Below are positions 1 to 11,331 of a stretch of DNA of 64,000 nucleotides, in pieces. The stretch covers positions 17,670,001 to 17,734,000 of the forward strand of contig CM052820.1 of assembly GCA_028534125.1 (NCBI GenBank), written 5' to 3'. This stretch comes from Lama glama. Taxonomy: Eukaryota. Within the stretch, counting starts at the first letter, position 1; each line of letters starts with the position of its first letter. The notes under the pieces are model-generated. The model ran no database searches and was not told where the DNA came from. It saw nothing but the letters and a program-made list of their open reading frames with translations. The translations under genes were made by a program, and so were the position numbers.

Positions 1-167
1 CCACACTGAGCTGGGAAGCAGCATGTGAAGTGGAGGCTTGGGCTTCTGTTTTCTCGTGCTTGTTCAGAATTCACCCTTGGGTCCCTTAATCTCCTGCAGG
101 GACCGCACTGCGGGGCTGTCATTTCTTTGTGACTACTTTACATGAAGGTTCAATTTCTTTACCTTAG

Positions 168-331
168 GTTTTCAAAGGGAAGCAGATTCTTTGTTGTCGG
201 TGACGAAACTCAGCACCATCAGTGATTCTAAAAACACAAGGAAGGCTCGGGAGATGTTGTTGAGACTGGCCGAAGAGACCAATATTTTCCCAACCAGCTG
301 GGAGCTCTCAGAGAGATACCTCTTTGTTGTG
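168..331 (+). CDS. Penultimate coding exon of an unrecognised plus-strand gene or isoform (MFSD6 side of the locus by synteny): (G)FQREADSLLSVTKLSTISDSKNTRKAREMLLRLAEETNIFPTSWELSERYLFVV
   Basis: Acceptor tttctttaccttag at 154-167, perfect donor GTG|gtaagt at 332, open frame of 2 nt plus 54 codons. Joins in phase 0 to the exon at 871. Confidence 0.8.
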
Positions 332-477
332 GTAAGTGAATACCTTTGTCCGTCTGCCCTGATTTTGCCTTAAATTTTTGCTTTCCTGTTGGTCCATATA
401 CTCATCATTCTGACACCACTAGCTCTGCCACAGTGTGAGGTGTGGCAGGTGAGGCTGGCATCTTCTGCATTAGTTCC

Positions 478-630
478 CAGTGGCCGGCACATCGTAATCC
501 CTTGGAGGGCTTTAAAAATTCAGGTTTTTGTATTGCACTCAGACCAGCTGAGACTTGGGTTGTGGCTCAAGAGTCTATCTGTATTTTTCAGCCAATTTTG
601 CTGTGTAGCCAGCCTTCTGAACCACTTTTT
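478..630. mobile_element. MER5-like hAT-Charlie MITE remnant
   Basis: Degenerate similarity to the recalled MER5B pattern (..aatcccttggagggctttaaaaat..cagaccagctgagac..). Confidence 0.45.
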
Positions 631-870
631 GTTCAAAGAGATGTAGGAAAGATTGTGTCTATAACCAAAGGTTGAAAAATGATTTGAAAAGACTCTTAGA
701 CAGCATAAGTGAGGGATTAAGGAGTGTCTCTAAATTTGTTAAGAAAAATGTAATAAATGTTTTACTTACTCATCATTTCTAGGGTGGATACTGAGGTTTT
801 AGATTGGTTTTCTCACTGACAGGGCTTGGTTTCTATCTTGAGAACATTTTTATCTTTAACTTTTTGGCAG

Positions 871-1005
871 GACCGTCTCATTGCACTCGATGCTGCGGAA
901 GAGTTCTTTAAAATTGCCAGTCGAACTTACCCCAAGAAGCCTGGGGTCCCATGCCTGGCAGATGGCGAGAAAGAATTGCACTGCCTTCCGTTTCCAAGTC
1001 CCTAA
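871..1005 (+). CDS. Terminal coding exon of the same gene or isoform: DRLIALDAAEEFFKIASRTYPKKPGVPCLADGEKELHCLPFPSP*
   Basis: Acceptor tttaactttttggcag ending at 870, 44 codons plus TAA at 1003-1005, in frame with exon 168-331. Candidate AATAAA at 1351-1356. Confidence 0.8.
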   Translation, partial: DRLIALDAAEEFFKIASRTYPKKPGVPCLADGEKELHCLPFPSP

Positions 1006-1024
1006 AGGAGAGGCTGCGAGGCAA

Positions 1025-1060
1025 CACTGGAATTCTTCCACTGGAATTCTTCCACTGGAA
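1025..1060. repeat. 14-bp tandem repeat (cactggaattcttc x2.6)
   Basis: Units at 1025-1038 and 1039-1052, plus a partial unit at 1053-1060. Confidence 0.95.
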
Positions 1061-3174
1061 CTCAACAGCCAACCAAAGTTGGACAAGTGCTAGAGGGCTA
1101 GCTAAGGGAAGAAGGATTCTGGCTCCTACAGAAATCTAAGGGTTTGAATGTCTGGTCATCATGAGGACGTGACTCTGTGAAATGTTCAGGTTACATTGAA
1201 ACACCCTAGGGACCTTGCATCAGCAAGTTGGTCAGCGGGATATTTCATCATGGGTGATTAGCTTCCAAGAACTCGTTGCCCCTGTTTTGGTTTTGGTTGT
1301 ACAATAAGCTCTAAACACTGGTCCTGCTGGGAGAATGGGAAATTCTAGTTAATAAAACAGTAAGATTAATAGAACTACCATTGAACCCATATATGGATTA
1401 CCAATGTTTAAGTAATTGTTACACAATACAGGCTAACACCAAAATAATACCAGGCATCACATGACCTTTCCTTGACTTGGAAGCACCTACAGAGCCTTGG
1501 AGGTGTTTGAGGCCTCATTCTGAGTATCTGTTATGATGACTCAGAAGTTTAGATGTACCCAGTAATAGAAACACCTAGGAGTGCTGCTCAGAAGTGAGTC
1601 CCAAATAGAATGATCCCAAGGAGTACTTCTGCAGCTACATGTAAAAAGCTCTGTCTTCAGTTGTGGCACAAGCATCTTAATGTCCCAACATTATTGAGAT
1701 CTGGTTACCTCATTTTTGCATATTGCCCAGCCCTGATCCACAAGCCCTTGATATTTTATCTGGGATGGCACCTGTTTGACCTCCACTTTCTTCTCTTCTG
1801 TTTAGTCTGTCCCCAACTTATCAGCCGAGAGTGGCACCTGTCCAGGGACCCCCAAGCAGACTTGCAGCTCTATAGGCAGTGTTGCACTGAAGGTCCTTGC
1901 TGGACTTTCTCCCTTTCTGAAGATGATTTTTCAAACTGGAGCAGTTCTGTCAACACAGCTTGTTTCTATGCACAGATTGAGCCGTCCAGCTTCCAAAGTG
2001 ACTTGCCACGTAGGCAAGGAGCTTGCCATGAAATCATGGTTCATTTTATTGAAAAGACTTTCAGAGCCTGTAGGATTTCTCCATAGATTGCTGAGAACAA
2101 TGGCAATATTTTTACTTTTACAGATTTTGCTCTTCTGACTTCAAGTTAAAAAGTAACTTGTATTTAGTCTGCACAGGGGATTGTGACTTGAAAATTTTCC
2201 TATCCTGACTGGCCCTTTTGGCAGTGAAGACAATGTTTAAGATGTTTGTTAGAGGAGATGCGTGTTCTCCATTTACGAATGCATTGCAGACCAATTTAAC
2301 TGACATGTTTCAGGTAAATTCTTCCTAGTTTAGTAAGTAAACTGAAAGTTTTATTTTTTAAAATAAAAAATATATTTTTATTTTGTTTTATGTAGTACTT
2401 AATCCCTCTCTCATGTTGTTGAAAATTAGCCTGAAGGTATTTTTCCTCACGTCTGTGGGCTCTTGCAAGATAAACATACAAACAGTGAAACAAACAATAA
2501 ATTAAACCAAAAAAAAAAAAACTTGGAAAATCATATTATTTTCATCTTTGTCCTTGGAATTTGTATTTTGTCTTTCTGCCTTCTTTTGATGTCAAAATAG
2601 ATGGGATTGTTTGCATCTATGGAGAATAAATTGTAACCATAGTCTTTATTTTTGGTAATGAATAAGTAAGGATAAACTTGTCTCTCTGATTATAAAAACA
2701 TGTGGAATTATCCAGGAAATCTTCCTTGCAAGGAATTAAAAGTTTTCTGTTTACTTTTCAGTTGAATGTGTGTTTTATTTCTGAGAATTAAGAAGGAACA
2801 GATATTCTTTCCATAATCCCTTTAAATTAAAGGGTTAAGAAGCTGAAAGACTGAAAGGGCTTAAGGCCCTCCCATCATTCTAAAGCCATTCGAGGGGCGG
2901 ATCTGTGCCCAAGTCCATTGAGTGGTACGTGAGAGAGGCTTAAGGAAGCCTGAAGTGACCACTTCAGAAGTCACAAGTTACTCGGCAAGACCAGGATACA
3001 AAGGTTCATGCATGTATGCGGGGCGATTTCAGGTGGTAGATGGAAATTTTTATGTTAATAAGTTACTCATTTTAATATGCAGCATGGGGAAAACCTGTAA
3101 TTAGCAGATCAAACTCCTGATTTCCTATTCCACGGATATTATTGCAGTGAACAATAAAGTATAAATGTTTTCTT

Positions 3175-5110
3175 AAAGGGGGTTCCAGGAGACCCAGTGG
3201 ACTCATGGACCAAAGTGATAAAGAATGCATTGGTGAGAGGTCCCCTGCATCACTGAAAGCTCGGTAGTATCCATGCAGGCCAGGGGCTATTCCAGAACTG
3301 GGCTCATGGAAGCAATGGGGATGGAAGAATAGGGGCCCAGTGGCAGTGCTTCACTGCCAGAAGAAAAGTGGGCACAATTATAATGAGTGGCCAGGTCTGA
3401 GGGTTACCTGCAGAGAGATTTGGAGATGGTTGATGGAAACTGGCATCCCTAGGGGCAAACTAGATGGGTAGCCAATAAGAGTATTGTTCAAACTAGACCA
3501 TGAAAAGATCTCAAGGATGGACGATCAGGAGATATACAGGGCATAGCCATAGCCATCTTAATAAAAAGCCATGATCTCCTGCCAAGTTTCCGGACCTTGG
3601 CTGTTTCCTAGACCCAGAAACTACTGACTGAAGGGAAGGCTGGATTCCCCAAGGAGGACTTTGAAACATCACTGCAAGTGTATATGGCAATGCTTCCCCT
3701 ATTCCTTCTGCAAAAGGACCTATAGTTGTTTACCGGGAGACCATACACTGGGAAAAGGAGTGTACACAAACACCCTGAGGACATGGGACACAAGGTCCAA
3801 GTTGACATTGATACTCAGGGACAAGAATATCATTGGAGTGTGCCATTTAGAGTCAGGGCAAATGGAGTTCAGATCATAAATGGAGTCCTCCCCCAGGTCT
3901 AATTCACCGGAGGTCCACTGAGTCCATGGATCTACCCAGTGGTCATCTCTCCACTTCCAGAATAAATTATTGGACTCAATATACTTGGAACTTAGCAGAA
4001 CCACCATTTGTTTTTTTGGCCTGTGGGTTAAAAAACATCTTAATGAGAAAGCTAAGTGGAAACCTCTCAAAATACTTCACTCCCCTGGCCAAGATAGTAG
4101 ACCAAAGTCAATATTGTATTCCAGAAAAACAATAGTGATTAGTATCCTTAAAGACCCAAAGGATGCAGGAGGGTTGGTCTTGATTAAAATTCTATTTAAT
4201 TCACTACTCTGGACCTGAAACTAGGTGGATCCTGGAGAACGAAAGTGAATTATTGAAAATTCAACTAAATAGTAGCCCTAATTGCAGCTACTGAGCTAGA
4301 TGTGGGATCTTTGTGAGAATAAATTAACACAGTCTCAGCCGCATGGTATGTGGCAAATGATCTGGCAAATGTGTTCTCTCCATACCCATCAAAAAGGTAG
4401 GTCAGAAAGTGTTAGTATTCACCTAAGATGGACAGCAGTGCATATTTATGGTATTGCTCCAGAGCTATCTAAACTCTCCTCCCTCTGTTTTAATATAGCC
4501 CAAAATGATCTGGACCATCTAGACATTCTACAGAATATCACATTGGTTACTGTGTCAGTGACATTAGCGATGAGTATAAATTGGCAAACGCATTAGAGGC
4601 CCTGACAAATGACATGAGCTTCAGAGGTTGGGAGATAAATCCTACAGAGTCTCAGGGACCTGCCACTTCAGTGAGGTTTTCAGGGGTCTGGGTCTGGGGC
4701 ACACTAAAACATCCCTTCCAAAGGAAAGGTCAAATTATTTCATCCTACATCTCCCACCTCTAAACGGGTGAGCCAGCAGAATGCTTGGTAGGCAGTCATC
4801 TTCATGCTGTCACCCGGAAATACTGCTCCATCCCATTTAACTGGGTGACATGAAAACCTGCCAGCCACGAGTGAGATCCAGGCAGGAAAGGGCTCCAAAG
4901 CAGGCCCAAGCTACGGCCAAGCAACTTGACACCTGTATCACAGGACCCTGCAGAATGTTTGGTATTAAAAGTCATGGTGATAAGAAGAAATGCCACGTGA
5001 AATGGGTGAAAAACTCAACAGGAGAATGACAACACAGACCCCAGGGTTCTGGAGCAAGGCCATGCCATTTGCAAGGGATAAATACACATTACTTGAAAAA
5101 CTGTTCATCA
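3175..5110 (+). mobile_element. Decayed ERVL (class III) internal gag-pro-RT remnant
   Basis: RT motif WYVANDLANVF at 4344-4376 (ERVL consensus WYAAIDLANAFF) and recognisable ERVL protease/RT nucleotide tracts, with many stops and frameshifts. Confidence 0.85.
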
Positions 5111-5164
5111 TGAGTTGGGTTTTTGTCAGATTCAGGAACGTGTAAGATCAAATTCTCGCATCAA

Positions 5165-5510
5165 TATAATTTTTCCTGTTATTTTTCAATATAAACTATT
5201 AATTTTAGAACAGCTTTAGATTTGCGGAAAAGTTGCAGAGATAGTACAGAGTTACAGTTTCCCCTGTTATTAATATCTTACCTTATGGTACGTTTGTCAC
5301 ATCTAATGAACCAATATTGAGACCTTATTATTAACTAAAGTCCAGAGATTATTCAGATACCTTAGGTTGTAACCTAGGGTCTTTTTCTGTTGCAGGATCC
5401 CATGCAGGACATCTAGTCATCAAGTTCTCTTAGGTTCCTCTTGACTATGGTAACTTCTCAGACTTTCTTTGCTTTTGATGACCTTGACAGTTGTGAGGAG
5501 CACTGTTCGG
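5165..5510 (-). mobile_element. Old L1M (L1MB/L1MC-type) 3' UTR fragment inserted in the ERVL remnant
   Basis: Typical L1M 3' end text (..ttttagaacagctttagatttgcggaaaagttgcagagatagtacagag..). Confidence 0.8.
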
Positions 5511-6093
5511 GAATAGAGAAGAGAGAGAGGATAAGTACTAGTGTGGCCTTGAGGCCAGCTGCAGCAGTGGGGCTCTAAGTTGTCCAGTTAGCCTTCTTCG
5601 TGTAGTTTTCCTCAAGGAAAGAAATGCACCAGGCTGCAGGAGGAGACTTTCCCGGGACTTGCCATAAAAAGCAAGTGGATTGGACCATCACATGGGTGGA
5701 CTGTTGCTGATGATGTGGGCCACTGCTCCGGTCTGCCCCTTTTGGGTCTGAAATATACATTCCCTCCACTGTTGGCAGTATTGGTGTCTGAGATCTTAGT
5801 CAAGACTGTGTAGGAATTGCCATCAACAGATGAGAGTTGTCAATGTCCACTGTCACCACCCCCCGTTGGCATCCTGCATCTACTGACTAGTCAGTTGGTA
5901 CAAGGGTAGGAGGTGCTATCCCAGCTCTAAAGCTCCCCACTAGATTGGCTGAGGCCTTTGTTATGACTACATCATAGAAAAAATATTCCCAATCCTGCCT
6001 TTCCTCTCTCCTCCGTAGGTATTTGCTAATGAACTTGTTGCTCGCCAATCTCCATTCCAGAATCTTTTCCCCCGGGGGAACCCAATCGTGACA
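5511..6093 (+). mobile_element. ERVL LTR (LTR16/LTR33-like)
   Basis: 3' end ..ccaatctccattccagaatcttttcccccgggggaacccaatcgtgaca matches the LTR16-type terminus ending in CA, and it lies downstream of the ERVL internal remnant. Confidence 0.7.
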
Positions 6094-7675
6094 GTACCTG
6101 AGTCAACAATACAGTACCCCCAAGACTGCATTTGTAGCTGACACGTTCACAGTGCCCCTACACTAGTTTTAGTGTAACTAGGCCAGAGCATTTATCTATT
6201 GAAATACATATGATTTCATTATGAGCCATTAAGTAACAACTTTATCTTTGGTATTAGAGCATTATTTTTAAAATGTTATCTTAAGTAGGTGTTATTTGTA
6301 AATTCATTTAACATAAATGGTTAAATCATTTTAAAAGACCATCATACAAGTGACTTTTCTTTAGCTAAGACATTAGAGTCAGTAACTTTGGGAAGAGGAC
6401 CTCACTGACAGCCGTAGAAACTAGTTTATGTGACTACTCTCCAATGATCAGAGACGGATCATGGCACGAAACTTGGATTCTTTCCCATTGGATTAATGAA
6501 TTTATCCATTCCCTCAGATCATGTTCTAATACTAATATCAAAAGAAGTCTGTTTAAATTTGATTAAGTTGCATTGAAAGGAGTATACTCATAATTTCTAA
6601 ATCACTACCACGTATAGAGTGAACACGGCCAGCTGCTTTGAATTTTCTTTTACAATAAGTGTTACTATTAGCTTCCAGAGTATTAGTCCACACTCTTGTT
6701 TTGACAAACTACAAATGGATATATGGCATTCTAAATTTTAACTCAACATATGGATTTAGAACACTGGGCTGCAGAGAACTGAGTTAGGGAACTAAGTCTT
6801 AACCTGATTCTCATCCTTTGATCATTTAGTAACTAAATGGGATTTACCTGATTTTGCTATTCATCCATATTCTAAGTATTTAGTGAGACTAAATTTAGAA
6901 AGAATAATTTTTTGCATATATGTGTATGTATGTGTATTTCTATATTACATATTATAAAGAACAAAAATAAAATCATGAGATTCATAATAGTTAAATAAAG
7001 CACCGGCCTATAGATCATTACTTTTTCAAAAGCCAACAGCTGTAGTTTTTAGGTAACAATTTACTTAAAAAATTCTTCAGCATTAGTAGCATGAAAGGTG
7101 TAAGCTAATTTTATCATATGTCCTAGAGAAGTGTAGTTAGCATTCGAAGTATCCTAATCAGGAATCCACTTTCCAAGATGATTAAACAACAATCTTTATC
7201 AAAATTTACACCGGTAAGTTCATTAAGTTGCATAAAGGGGGGTAGGAATGAGTTTCCATTAGCGAAATGAGTGGTAGTCAAGATAAATGCTTGGCTAGAA
7301 CAACTGGCCGCCATCAACTTTGCAAGAAGGTGTTAAGAATCTCTTATACCCAGCAGTGTTGAAGGATTAGAGCATCCTTTGTCCTTTGTCTACCTTCTTC
7401 ACAGACCTGAGGCCAAGTTGTCTGATTTGGTTATCAGAATATTGTTGTGTCTACATAAGAATAACACTTTCAATCAAGTTTCTTTCAAACTTTTATTTCA
7501 ATAGTAGGTCCCGAGAAACGAAAGTGGAGGCTTCTCTGGGATTACAGGAAGCAAATGAGTAATTCCTGGTTAATAAGTGTTGTATGAAGAATTTGGGATA
7601 AGATTTGCTTCCATTGTAACATTAGGTTGCAAGAGGATGAGGGAGGCTATACATGGCTTTCCCTTTCCATTCTTG

Positions 7676-7945
7676 AGGCCAGCCTCAAGCAGTGGGATCT
7701 AATCGCTTGGAGAGGTATCCCATAGGCTGTTGGGTAGGACCCAGCCATTGGGTGAGGACCTCCAGGGCTATTCCTCCTCTCTCGTGAACATAGAACTGGA
7801 AGGGCCTTGTGGGACCTGTAAGCCCGAAGGCCGGGGATCTTACTAGGAGATTTTCTCATTCTTCCATTGCTTCCTGTTGGGAAGGATCCCACTGGAGACG
7901 TCTTCCCAATCATCTACCCCTAAAGCCCCTTCTGGGAAGCTGGTC
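7676..7945 (-). pseudogene. Inverted ERV1 pol fragment (RT thumb/connection, RT_RNaseH_2 region)
   Basis: Minus-strand 7897-7676 translates to LQWDPSQQEAMEE*ENLLVRSPAFGLTGPTRPFQFYVHERGGIALEVLTQWLGPTQQPMGYLSKRLDPTA*GWP, matching the gammaretroviral motif KPFxLYVxExxGxAxGVLTQ..YLSKxLD..GWP, with two stops. Confidence 0.85.
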
Positions 7946-7948
7946 CCC

Positions 7949-8810
7949 ATGGATCTGGCGTTTAAAGTATTGAACAACAGAGAGAGGGCTAAAGAGGCAA
8001 AAAGGATTCAGGGACAACAGCAAAAGGTGCAATCCTTAGCAGCAGCCTTTATCTCTGCACCACCTCAGAGCTACCCTCCACCAAGACCCATGGTGAGGAC
8101 AGGATCCAGGATGCCTGCATCAGAGCCACTGTCTTGCCAAAAAGGGACCTGTTTTAAGTACAGCCAGGAGGGCCACTGGAAAAACAAATGCCCCAATTTT
8201 GGGAAAAGTCCACCAGGACCCTGCCCTATGTGCAAACAGAAAGGCCACTGGGAGCGGGACTGCCCCCAGTCCCGAAGTGGGCTTGGGGCTCCCAAACCAA
8301 TGATGGCTGAGATGACTAAAGGCTGCGGGGGCCTGGGACCCTCCCTGGCTCCCACAGGACACTGGGTCATTTCTCCGGCAGAGCCTTGGCGACTCCTTGT
8401 GGCAGGTAGAAAAGTTGTCTTCTTATTAGACAAGGGAGCCACCTACGTGTGCTGACTGATTTCCTTGGACCCTTGTCCTCCCAATCCAGTGTACTAACGG
8501 GGGTCAACAGAAGGCCCCCAACAAGGTGCTTACTAAAAATTTACTTTTACACATGAGTTTTGGCTAGTGGCTGAGTGCCCCATCCCCTCACTGGGAAGGG
8601 ACCTACTTGCTCAGTAAATCCCAATAATTAAAATAATCCAATTCAAAGACCCTTACGTGAAAGACATGCACCCCAAAAAATGTCTACTCTTGGCTTTGGG
8701 AGCCTGCCTCAATCCCAAGCCAGAAGAGGTCTCCCTTCCACTCCATATTGATTCTCAAGTCAACCCTGCTGTCTGGGAACCTGAGGTCCCTGGCAGAGCT
8801 ACTATTGTCA
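7949..8810 (+). pseudogene. ERV1 gag (CA end, NC) - protease - start of RT remnant
   Basis: ORF 7877-8455 contains MDLAFKVLNNR, a degenerate knuckle CFKYSQEGHWKNKC, an intact CCHC CPMCKQKGHWERDC, and protease FLLDKGAT (catalytic DTG changed to DKG). Further PLLGRDLL-type and VNPAVWEPEVPGRA RT-start tracts follow after frameshifts. Confidence 0.92.
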
Positions 8811-10870
8811 GGTTATCATCAAAATGGGACCACGTGAGGCCACAGGCAGGCCTCTTCAGATCAGAGGCCAAACCAAGAGCTTTAATTAAAAAAAACTTCT
8901 CAAACCCAGGAAGGCTCCTCAAAAGTGTTCATAAATAGATGGCCAAACGGGAGGCCATTGGTTGGACTAAACTGACCATAGCTGATATTTGGAGCCTAAT
9001 AAAATTTTTTTAGAAAAGTCTCCCCTAAGCTAAATGAGAAAAAACAAAACTGTCTTTGTTTTACAAATCTAGTCTTTACAGGACCAGAGGTGTGTCTCCA
9101 GAAAGGATACAAAGCCCACCAATCCTTTGACCACTCCCAAAACCTCCCCTACGTATTTATCTTAATAGACAAGTATTAAAAAAAGACACTTTTTTCTGGC
9201 CTTTGAAAAACAAAATCTCTCTATGAGACTCTAGGGCTTCCTATGCCTTTGAGATACAAATATTCTACCTTGTCTTCTCTGGGAATTCTGATCTCACCAT
9301 CTTTCTAAAATGCAAATTTTAAAAAAAAAAGGTGGGGAAAGAAGTAATTTGGAACTTAATTTGCTAAGGAGAAGTAAAAATTTTATCTCTTTTTCATAAA
9401 TATTAGCAAAAAGCCTTAGCCATGTAAGTGGGCAACTTTGATTTGTTCTATCTGCCAAAAACCCCAGTTTAAATCCAACTTCTTTGGTAGCCAATGGGCT
9501 TTACTTTGTTCTATCTGATTTATGACTAAAATTTTAAAATGAAAACTATAAGGTGTTGTATGCCACAGATGTATGGTATTGGCACAATTAAATGGTAAAA
9601 GAGCTCTTTAATTGGCTGAAAGGAAATTAAGTACTTCTATAAATACTCAAAACATAGAGAAAACTGGCCAAAATAAATTTCAGGTTCACGTTATCTAAAA
9701 AGGATTCAGTACTGGTACTGGTATTGAAGCTAGCTTAAGCTTGCTAGTTTAATTAATTCAAACATGTCTTTAGAGGCATAAGTGTTAAGTATAATAGTTC
9801 GGCTGTGCCCAGGCTTAGTAGAGGGCAAGCAAAACTTTATTATATCTGTTACAAAGCTGTCAACAAAAAAAGTAACTCAGTGTAAAAAAAACTTTCAAAA
9901 AGTAAACAAAACATGGGATTTGGGGTAAACTCTATAGGAGTTTTCTTTTGAAAGTATCCACCTAAAATTCTCTCTCCAAATTTTGGTACTTAAAAGTTAA
10001 AAAGTTCACTGACTATCTGTGTCATTTATAAAATATTAAAACATTAATTGCTGGGCAGGCAGATCTAAGTTTATCTACCTTTGCCTTAGAAAAAAAACAA
10101 AACAAAACATAAGTTTCTAGTCAGGAAATGGTGATATGACAACCAATTCACAGTTGCTTGCTTCTTGGTTTTTGCCAGAGATTTAAGGTTTTGGAGGGTT
10201 AAAATGATAATACATGTAATTACAGCTCCTAAAATAAGTATTTCAGTAAACAGTGGGAAAGTAAGATGTATGCTTTTAGTAAGTATTTGGTAAACAAACA
10301 AACAAACAAACAAACAAAAGCTAAAAAAAAAAGGTTTCATACATAATCAGAATTTTAAATATCTAACAAATTCTGAAAGTTCTTTGTGGCCCCAGCTAAC
10401 TTTAAGATGCTTTAAAAAAAAACCTGAGACATCTCACATATTAAATTAACTAGGATTATTTAATATGTAAAGTTAAATATAATCAGTCATAATTCTCATA
10501 ATTACAAACAAATCTATCAGTTACAGATGTTTAGCCATGCCTTTTAAGTCTTTTTGTTGTTACAGACTGTCGAGTTGTTACAAAGGTGCTTCATCTTTAA
10601 AAACATTCATCAGAAGTCAATGGAAACAGTGGATTTCAACAGTCCCAGTCAAATGATGGCTATTGGAAGATTCCAGCTCATACCCTCAGCCCTCTGGACA
10701 CAAAAACAAAAGGCTTCCCTGCTCTTGGGGCCCCTAGATTAGGCATTCAGAGATTTCTTACTCCCTGCTAGGGCCCTGCTCAAGCCTGGCCTGTTAGCAA
10801 CTTCAGAAGAAGGACCATCGCCCCTCTACAATTCCATAAGATTATGGGAGTAAAATCTCTGAGGGGGCGA
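8811..10870 (+). mobile_element. AT-rich non-coding ERV1 internal sequence (MER4/MER41-group non-autonomous type) ending in a polypurine tract
   Basis: Lies between the RT remnant and the LTR, ends with PPT gagggggcga at 10861-10870, and has no long ORF. Confidence 0.65.
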
Positions 10871-11331
10871 TGAGACAGGAAGGGGGCAGGGCACAGCCAT
10901 TCAGGGGATTACACGGCAATTAACGCTAGAATGGCTAAAAATTCAACCCCCAGGAGGACTTGAGGCTCAAAATGGTGGGAGATTTGACTTCTAGGAGACC
11001 GTGAGCTTCATTATACGCCCACTGTAACACATTAGCATGGTGAATAACATGCCCACAGGCACCCATGGCAGTCCCAAGGCTAGCCACAAAAGGTCAAAGA
11101 GCGGGAAAAGGCTAATTTCCTGGGAATCCCAGCCCCTTCTTCAGCCTAGACTGGTCCTTCGACTTATTAAGATATAAAGCTACCGAGCCCATAAAAATTG
11201 GCCTTTGGAGACGGCCTGCACTCTATTGGAATGTGTGCCCACTTTTATTCTAAACTGAGCTTCCAAACCCCACATCTTGTGGCCTTTCTCTTGCCTCCTG
11301 ATGTATCTCTAAATAAATCTACCTTGACTCA
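10871..11331 (+). mobile_element. MER41-like ERV1 3' LTR truncated at the polyA site (U3-R only), followed by an A-rich tail at 11332-11360
   Basis: Starts with TG after the PPT. TATA-like gatataaagc near 11171, cccataaaaattggcc and cttttattc blocks as in recalled MER41, AATAAA at 11312-11317, then CA at 11330-11331 followed directly by aacaaaaaaaaccccaaaaaacaaaaaaa. Confidence 0.8.

Noticed and set aside
1610-2086. 158-aa plus-strand ORF downstream of the unrecognised gene
   Set aside because: No recognisable domain, no supporting splice structure, and composition typical of random non-coding sequence.
2124-2313. Possible extra plus-strand exon (ttttacag acceptor, cag|gtaaat donor)
   Set aside because: Stops in all three frames and it lies downstream of the terminal coding exon. 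At best a non-coding exon, with no support from sequence alone.
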